DNA of 64,000 nucleotides from Candidatus Binataceae bacterium (lineage in GTDB: Bacteria; Desulfobacterota; Binatia; Binatales; Binataceae): contig JASHOJ010000142.1 in assembly GCA_030041155.1 (NCBI GenBank), positions 437 to 64,436 of the forward strand. The letters are read 5' to 3'. Positions 58,761 to 64,000 of this stretch are shown here, piece after piece. Both the position numbers and the translations under genes were made by a program. Under the pieces are notes generated by a model. That model was not told where the DNA came from. It ran no database searches and saw only the letters and a list, made by a program, of their open reading frames with translations. Position 1 is the first letter of the stretch, and each line of letters begins with the position of its first letter.

Positions 58761-59627
58761 GTGCACATACGGCGGCTTATCACCCCTCGGTTCGGCTATC
58801 CCTTGGTGATCGCGATGGCGACGGCTGGCCTCTTGGCGGCCGGATGCTCCAGCCAATCCGACATCCAGCAACTCAATCAAAATGAGTTCACGCTGCGCGG
58901 AATGATCGCGAGCGATCGCCAGCAAATTGATTCGCTGCAGCAACAGGTCCGCCAGTTGCACGATCAAATTACCGAGATGCAGCATGGCGGCAACGCGACC
59001 GGCACGAGTGATCAGCTAGCCGCGGCCAACGACAAGATCTCGAAGCTGCAAACCGAGGTGAGCGCGCTGCAGGCGGGACTCGCCGCGCAGCCTGGAGCGG
59101 TGGCGATGGGGACTACACCGGGCGCGCCCACGATGGCGGGAGGTCCGCCGCCGGAGACTGGCGCTCCGGCGGTTGCCGCCCCGACCGAGCCGCCGGCGAC
59201 CTGGCCTCAGGAACTGGACCAGGAGATCTCGAACGCCGAAAGCTCACGCGATCCTGGCGTGAAGCTCTATCGTTCAGGTCTGAAAGCGATGAAGGACGGC
59301 AAATATCCGCTCGCAGTCGCGGAGTTTACCCGCCTACAGCATCAATATCCGAAGTCGCCCCTGGTCGAGCCGGCCGACTATTTCGCGGCCAACGCGCTCT
59401 ACGAAACGGGCAAGTATGACCAGGCGATCCTCGAATTCAACGATCTCGTGATGCGTTATCCGCGGGGACGATTTGCAGCGCAGGCGCTTCTGCGCCAGGC
59501 CGAGGCGTTTCTCAAAATGAACGACCGTATAGACGCGCGGCTGACGCTGCAGAAGCTCAAGTCCGATCATGGCGGCACACCGCAGGCGGCGGCGGCCGAT
59601 ACCATGATGGCCAGCCTGAGCGAATGA
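58761..59627 (+). CDS. cpoB: Tol-Pal system protein CpoB/YbgF (coiled-coil + TPR)
   Basis: GTG start with AGGAG upstream. Lipobox/signal LLAAGCSS, a Q-rich coiled coil, and a C-terminal TPR-like domain (YPKSPLVEPADYFAANALYETGKYDQAILEF). Confidence 0.8.
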   Translation: MHIRRLITPRFGYPLVIAMATAGLLAAGCSSQSDIQQLNQNEFTLRGMIASDRQQIDSLQQQVRQLHDQITEMQHGGNATGTSDQLAAANDKISKLQTEVSALQAGLAAQPGAVAMGTTPGAPTMAGGPPPETGAPAVAAPTEPPATWPQELDQEISNAESSRDPGVKLYRSGLKAMKDGKYPLAVAEFTRLQHQYPKSPLVEPADYFAANALYETGKYDQAILEFNDLVMRYPRGRFAAQALLRQAEAFLKMNDRIDARLTLQKLKSDHGGTPQAAAADTMMASLSE

Positions 59628-59673
59628 CGCGGCGGGAGACGACGTTTGGAGATACGCTGAAGCCGCATAAGCG

Positions 59674-60597
59674 ATGGAGATAATCCGTGACCTCGACGCA
59701 CTCGCGCGTCATTCCTATCCGGTGGTCACGCCGGGAAATTTTGACGGCGTGCATTTGGGCCATCGCGCGATCCTGAAAGCCACTATCGATCGCGCACGCG
59801 CGGCCGGCGGCACCGCGTTCGCGCTCACCTACGAGCCGCTTCCGGCAAAGCTGCTGGTGCCCGACCGCGCGCCTCCGCTGATCCTGGTGCCGGACGACAA
59901 GCTCGAATTACTCAGGCTCTCCGGCTTGGACGGCGTGATCGTTGTGCGCTTCACTCACGCGCTGAGCCAGCTTGAACCTCGGGAGTTCGTGCGCGATTTC
60001 TTTCTCGCCCGTATCGGCGCGCGCGAAGTCGTCATCGGACACAGTGTGAACTTCGGTCACAATCGCGCGGGCAATGCGCAGGTAATGGTGGAGCTCGGAG
60101 GCGAGTTCGGCTTCGACACCACCGTGGTCGGGCCGGTCAAAATCGGCGGGATGGAAGTCAGCTCGACCAAGATCCGCGGTCTGATTGGCGTCGGAGACCT
60201 GCGCGCCGCCGCCAAACTGCTCGGGCGATATCATTTTCTGCACGGATGCGTGGTGCGTGGACGCGAGCGCGGCCGCACGATCGGTTTTCCGACCGCGAAT
60301 ATCGCCAACGAGACCGAGTGTATTCCGCCCGACGGAGTTTATGCGACGCGGCTGGTGCTGGAGGATGAAGTATTCGGCTCGATCACGAATATCGGGATGC
60401 GCCCAACGTTTGCGGAGACTATGCGCACCTTCGAGGCGCACATTTTCGATTTCGATCGCGACATTTACGGCATGCGGGTGAAGCTCGAGCTGGTCGAACG
60501 AATTCGCGGCGAGAAGAAATTCGATTCCGCGGCGGCGCTGAAGAACCAGATCTCGCAGGATCTCGCGCGCGCTCGAGAAATCCTTGCCAGCGCATAG
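59674..60597 (+). CDS. ribF: bifunctional riboflavin kinase / FAD synthetase
   Basis: N-terminal FMN adenylyltransferase (VVTPGNFDGVHLGH) and C-terminal riboflavin kinase (GFPTANI...) domains. Confidence 0.9.
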   Translation: MEIIRDLDALARHSYPVVTPGNFDGVHLGHRAILKATIDRARAAGGTAFALTYEPLPAKLLVPDRAPPLILVPDDKLELLRLSGLDGVIVVRFTHALSQLEPREFVRDFFLARIGAREVVIGHSVNFGHNRAGNAQVMVELGGEFGFDTTVVGPVKIGGMEVSSTKIRGLIGVGDLRAAAKLLGRYHFLHGCVVRGRERGRTIGFPTANIANETECIPPDGVYATRLVLEDEVFGSITNIGMRPTFAETMRTFEAHIFDFDRDIYGMRVKLELVERIRGEKKFDSAAALKNQISQDLARAREILASA

Positions 60598-60600
60598 ACT

Positions 60601-62235
60601 ATGACTGTGCGTGTTCGGCTGCGAACAACGATTGCGTTTGTCCGGCGACATCGTTCGCTAGCCGCGATCGCAGGCGTGATTAGCGCCGGGGTGATTCTTT
60701 TCCTCCTCTATCTTCGCGTCGAAAAGACATTTCCGCTGAACTCCGATGATGCGGCGGTGCTGCTCGAGGCGCGCGATTTCGTCGCCGGAAACTACCTACT
60801 GAGTGGATGGGCGACAGGATCTTTTTGCGGGTATTTCTCCAAGCTTCCTTATTTCGAGGTTGGAATTTGGCTGTTCGGGTTCAGACCAGGGTTGCTTCAC
60901 GTCATTCCACCGATAATCTTCACGATTTTAGTGCTGCTTTCGCTATGGCTGGTTTACGAGAAATCACGGCCTGGCGAGTCGATCATCGCGATCGGCATAG
61001 CGTTCGCTATTCTCGGGCTGCCGTTGTGGAATCCGGCATGGCTGCTGATGCCGGCCGCGCAACACGCCGGCACTTTTTTGCTGGCGGTCGCGGCGATCCT
61101 TTGTGTCGCGCATATTGAAAAGCACCCGCAGGAGCAATGGCGGCTTTACGCCCTGTTCACGATCCTTCTGTCCGCGGCTGTGTTCGACGACAACTTCGCG
61201 TTCTACGCCGCACTGATTCCGGTTCTCATTGTTCTGGTCGTGCGAACGATACTCGCGTACCCGAGGATTCGATTCCGTGAAGCAGCGCTCGCCGTTCTGA
61301 CCGCGCTGTCAGCGCTGATTGGGTATGCCGGGTCACGAATAGTTGCGCATGAAGGAGGATTCCGGGAGTTTGCGCCGCATGCGGGATTTGCCCAAGGCGC
61401 GGCTGCTCTTCTAAACAATCTGTCGCTGACGATTCGCGGCCTGCTGGTGCTCTTCGGGGTGGACGGTGCCCTTGATGGGCGGTGGTGGTTGACTGGTGAA
61501 AAGTGGTGGTTGAACGATCCGGCTGCGATAGTTCATCTGTTTGGTCTGGCCGTGGTCGCGATCGCGATCTGGCGAATTGCGGCGCGGTTTTTTAAGCGCC
61601 AGGACCATGGCGATTTAATCGTACAGATTCTTGCACTGGGAATTGCGGTTGATATTGGCGCCTACCTGATTAGCGATGTGTCGCGAGACATAGGGACCAC
61701 CAGGTATCTGGCACCGACGCTAATCTACGGTGGAATAATCGGCGGTATCGAAGCATCCTCGCTACTCGCAACGCGATCGGCCAAGTTGCTCGCGGCCGGC
61801 GTGGCAGCGGTTTATGTCGCCTCCTCGGTCTCCAGCATATTCTTGAGGCCGCTCGTGAACCTTAACCGGGACGACGTGGCCGCAGCGCACTGGTTACGTG
61901 AGCATCGCCTGGCCAACGGTGTCGGCGAATACTGGGGATCGGCAATCCTGACTGTTGAGAGCCGCGGTTCGGTCAAGGTCCGCCCGGTAATGGTTGTCCC
62001 GCAAGGCATCGCTCCGTACTCGTTGGTTGGAAAACCGCAATGGTACCGCGTCATGGACGGCGCCGGATTCAACTTCGTGGTGATTGACAAAACCAGGCAG
62101 GACACGGGAGACGTCAGCGTGGCGAACATTGAGCGGCTCTTCGGACCAGCAGCTCAGCGAGTTGATATCGGTCATTACACGATCCTTGTTTGGAATCGAG
62201 AGCTTCCCCTGCTCCCGTACGTCCCACCATTTTAA
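60601..62235 (+). CDS. integral membrane protein, GT-C-like (paralog A)
   Basis: About 11 predicted TM helices. First-loop motif NSDDAAVLLEARDF. C-terminal ~150-aa soluble domain. 544 aa. Confidence 0.5.
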   Translation: MTVRVRLRTTIAFVRRHRSLAAIAGVISAGVILFLLYLRVEKTFPLNSDDAAVLLEARDFVAGNYLLSGWATGSFCGYFSKLPYFEVGIWLFGFRPGLLHVIPPIIFTILVLLSLWLVYEKSRPGESIIAIGIAFAILGLPLWNPAWLLMPAAQHAGTFLLAVAAILCVAHIEKHPQEQWRLYALFTILLSAAVFDDNFAFYAALIPVLIVLVVRTILAYPRIRFREAALAVLTALSALIGYAGSRIVAHEGGFREFAPHAGFAQGAAALLNNLSLTIRGLLVLFGVDGALDGRWWLTGEKWWLNDPAAIVHLFGLAVVAIAIWRIAARFFKRQDHGDLIVQILALGIAVDIGAYLISDVSRDIGTTRYLAPTLIYGGIIGGIEASSLLATRSAKLLAAGVAAVYVASSVSSIFLRPLVNLNRDDVAAAHWLREHRLANGVGEYWGSAILTVESRGSVKVRPVMVVPQGIAPYSLVGKPQWYRVMDGAGFNFVVIDKTRQDTGDVSVANIERLFGPAAQRVDIGHYTILVWNRELPLLPYVPPF

Positions 62236-62372
62236 TTTCTTTGCGTTCAACATCCGGCCGCGACCTTCGGAAACCGCGGCAAAAAGGGATGTAACATCGT
62301 TGCTGCATAATTTGGGTTCACGATTGATCACCGTCAAGGTCTATTCCTGTTTTGTAGGAGCGAGTTAATTCC

Positions 62373-63935
62373 TTGCGCTTCCCACCAGTCAAAAGCCGGT
62401 TAATCAAAGTCGCCGCAGTGATCGGTGCAGCCGTGGTTCTGTCCGTGCTTTATGCGCGCTTTTCACGGACGATTCGGCTCGACTCCGACGATGCCGCTGT
62501 GCTGCTCGAGACGCGAGATTTCCTTGCCGGTAACTATCTGCTGCGGGGATGGATAACGGGGTATTTTTCCGGCTACGTCACCAAACTCCCGTACTATGCA
62601 ATCGGGATTGAGTCGGCAGGCTTTAGACCGTCGCTTCTTCACACTGTTCCGGGGATCGTCTACGCGCTCCTGGTGCTGATATCGCTGTGTCTGGTTTATC
62701 TGAAATCGCGGCCGGGAGAGGCCTTGGTTGCGATCGGCATCGCGTTCGCGATTCTTGGGCTGCCGTGGCACTGGGCGTCGGTGCTGCTGCCTGCACGTCA
62801 GCATACCGGGACTTTCGTCTTGATGATTGCCGCGCTGGTCTGCATCGCCGTGATCGACAAGCGCCCGCAAACCAGATGGCGTTACGCGATTTTTTTTATT
62901 CTTCTGACTGCGGCGGTTTTCGATGACAAGCTGGCGTTTTATGTGGGGGTAATTCCCATCCTCGTTGTTCTGGCGGCGCGTATGATCCTCGCTTTTCCGC
63001 GAATCCGCCCTCATGAAGCAGTGCTGGCGGGTTTGGCGTTATTGTCGTTGCCGATCGAATTCGCCGCGACAACTTGGATCGCGAATCAAGGAGGGTTCAG
63101 AGCGACGCCACCACATGCGGCGCTCGCCGCAAGCGGTGCGGCTCTCTTGCACAACCTGACACTTGAGATTCAAGGGCTGCTCCTTCTATTCGGCGCAAAT
63201 TGGAGCGTGGCTGGATCGCGATGGTTGATCGATCCGATCGCGACGGTTCATCTGCTGGGGGTTGCCGTTGTCGCGAGCGCCCTATGGCGAATTGCGACGC
63301 GGTTTTTCAGACGTCAGGACTCAGGCGATCTGGTGTTACAAATCCTGGCTCTGGGAATTATTTTCGATCTGGCTAGTTATGTATTCAGCGATCTTGCGGT
63401 TAACCTGGCGACTACCCGTTACTTGAGTCCGACACTGATCTACGGCGCGATCATAGGCGGAATTGAAACGTCTTGGCTGTTCAGCGCGCGAGCGCCTCGG
63501 CTACTCGCCGCCAGCGCGGCTGCGGTCTATGTCGCCGCCTTCGCGTCGATTCTTTTCGCGCCGATCAGGGGATTGAACCATGACGATTTGGCCACGGTGA
63601 AGTGGCTGCGAGAGCATCGTCTTGTGAACGGCGTCGGCGACTATTGGGGAGCGGGAATTCTCACAGTCGAGAGCCGCGACACCGTCAGGGTCAGACAAGT
63701 ACTCACCAACAGCCAGGGGCTCTTTCCATACTACTGGGCGGCGAAGTCGCAATGGTACGATCGCAGGCACGGGTTCAATTTTGTGGTGATTGACGAAAAC
63801 CAACATGATTCGGTCAGCGTATCAAACGTAGAGCGAATCTTCGGCTCGCCCGCCCGCCGCATTGATATCGGTCACTACACGATTCTGGTATGGAATCGAG
63901 ATCTCCCTGTGCCTCCGATTAGTGCTTCACCTTAG
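62373..63935 (+). CDS. integral membrane protein, GT-C-like (paralog B, tandem duplicate of 60601-62235)
   Basis: Collinear similarity to the upstream gene along its full length (LDSDDAAVLLETRDF ... IDIGHYTILVWNRDLP). 520 aa. Confidence 0.5.
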   Translation: MRFPPVKSRLIKVAAVIGAAVVLSVLYARFSRTIRLDSDDAAVLLETRDFLAGNYLLRGWITGYFSGYVTKLPYYAIGIESAGFRPSLLHTVPGIVYALLVLISLCLVYLKSRPGEALVAIGIAFAILGLPWHWASVLLPARQHTGTFVLMIAALVCIAVIDKRPQTRWRYAIFFILLTAAVFDDKLAFYVGVIPILVVLAARMILAFPRIRPHEAVLAGLALLSLPIEFAATTWIANQGGFRATPPHAALAASGAALLHNLTLEIQGLLLLFGANWSVAGSRWLIDPIATVHLLGVAVVASALWRIATRFFRRQDSGDLVLQILALGIIFDLASYVFSDLAVNLATTRYLSPTLIYGAIIGGIETSWLFSARAPRLLAASAAAVYVAAFASILFAPIRGLNHDDLATVKWLREHRLVNGVGDYWGAGILTVESRDTVRVRQVLTNSQGLFPYYWAAKSQWYDRRHGFNFVVIDENQHDSVSVSNVERIFGSPARRIDIGHYTILVWNRDLPVPPISASP

Positions 63936-64000
63936 TCCTCCGCTGCAAATCGATCGCCAAGAGGGACTCGCGCCGCTTACATCAACCCGCTCGGTGGGCG

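Overview
High-GC (roughly 65-70% by eye, not computed) chromosomal window from a diderm bacterium, densely coding on both strands. A complete tolQ-tolR-tolA-tolB-pal-cpoB cluster is present. I cannot fix the lineage from sequence alone.

Recognisable housekeeping genes: trmD, ispH, a fused moaD-moaE overlapping moaB, cls, ppk1, ribF, a 1-Cys peroxiredoxin, a deoxynucleoside kinase and tol-pal.

Envelope and secreted proteins: a DUF1800/DUF1501 pair, an S53 sedolisin, a CocE/NonD hydrolase, a TMTC-like GT-C/TPR protein, an AsmA/DUF748-like giant protein, an OPT transporter and a K+ channel.

Metabolic content: a compact divergent biosynthetic cluster (VOC protein and enoyl-CoA hydratase <-> single-chain BC-BCCP-CT biotin carboxylase, type III PKS, K+ channel), and a TetR-headed catabolic-looking block (FAH hydrolase, MBL lactonase-like, NTF2-like, LLM oxidoreductase, amidase, M20 peptidase).

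The most unusual region is a visibly lower-GC ~3.5 kb island (about 36.4-39.9 kb). It carries (i) a 711-aa single ORF with an N-terminal P-loop NTPase (Walker A GRRGTGKS, Walker B IILWDGLDE) and a C-terminal PD-(D/E)xK nuclease-like core, which is a candidate stand-alone defence protein; (ii) a periplasmic rhodanese interrupted by an in-frame TGA at the active-site loop, so either a candidate selenoprotein or a pseudogene; (iii) ~780 bp of apparently decayed non-coding DNA.

Other oddities: a dNK gene with no canonical start codon in frame behind the upstream stop, a MoaB with a His-rich N-terminal tail, a remnant coxM-N/coxL-C deletion scar, a 43-aa His/Trp/Gly-rich putative lipopeptide ORF in a 500-bp low-GC gap, a 36-aa extremely basic small ORF, tandem paralogous GT-C-like membrane proteins, and a palindromic operator in the peroxiredoxin promoter.

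No tRNA, rRNA, CRISPR array, transposase or integrase was recognised. Many long Arg-rich antisense 'shadow' ORFs typical of high-GC DNA were rejected.
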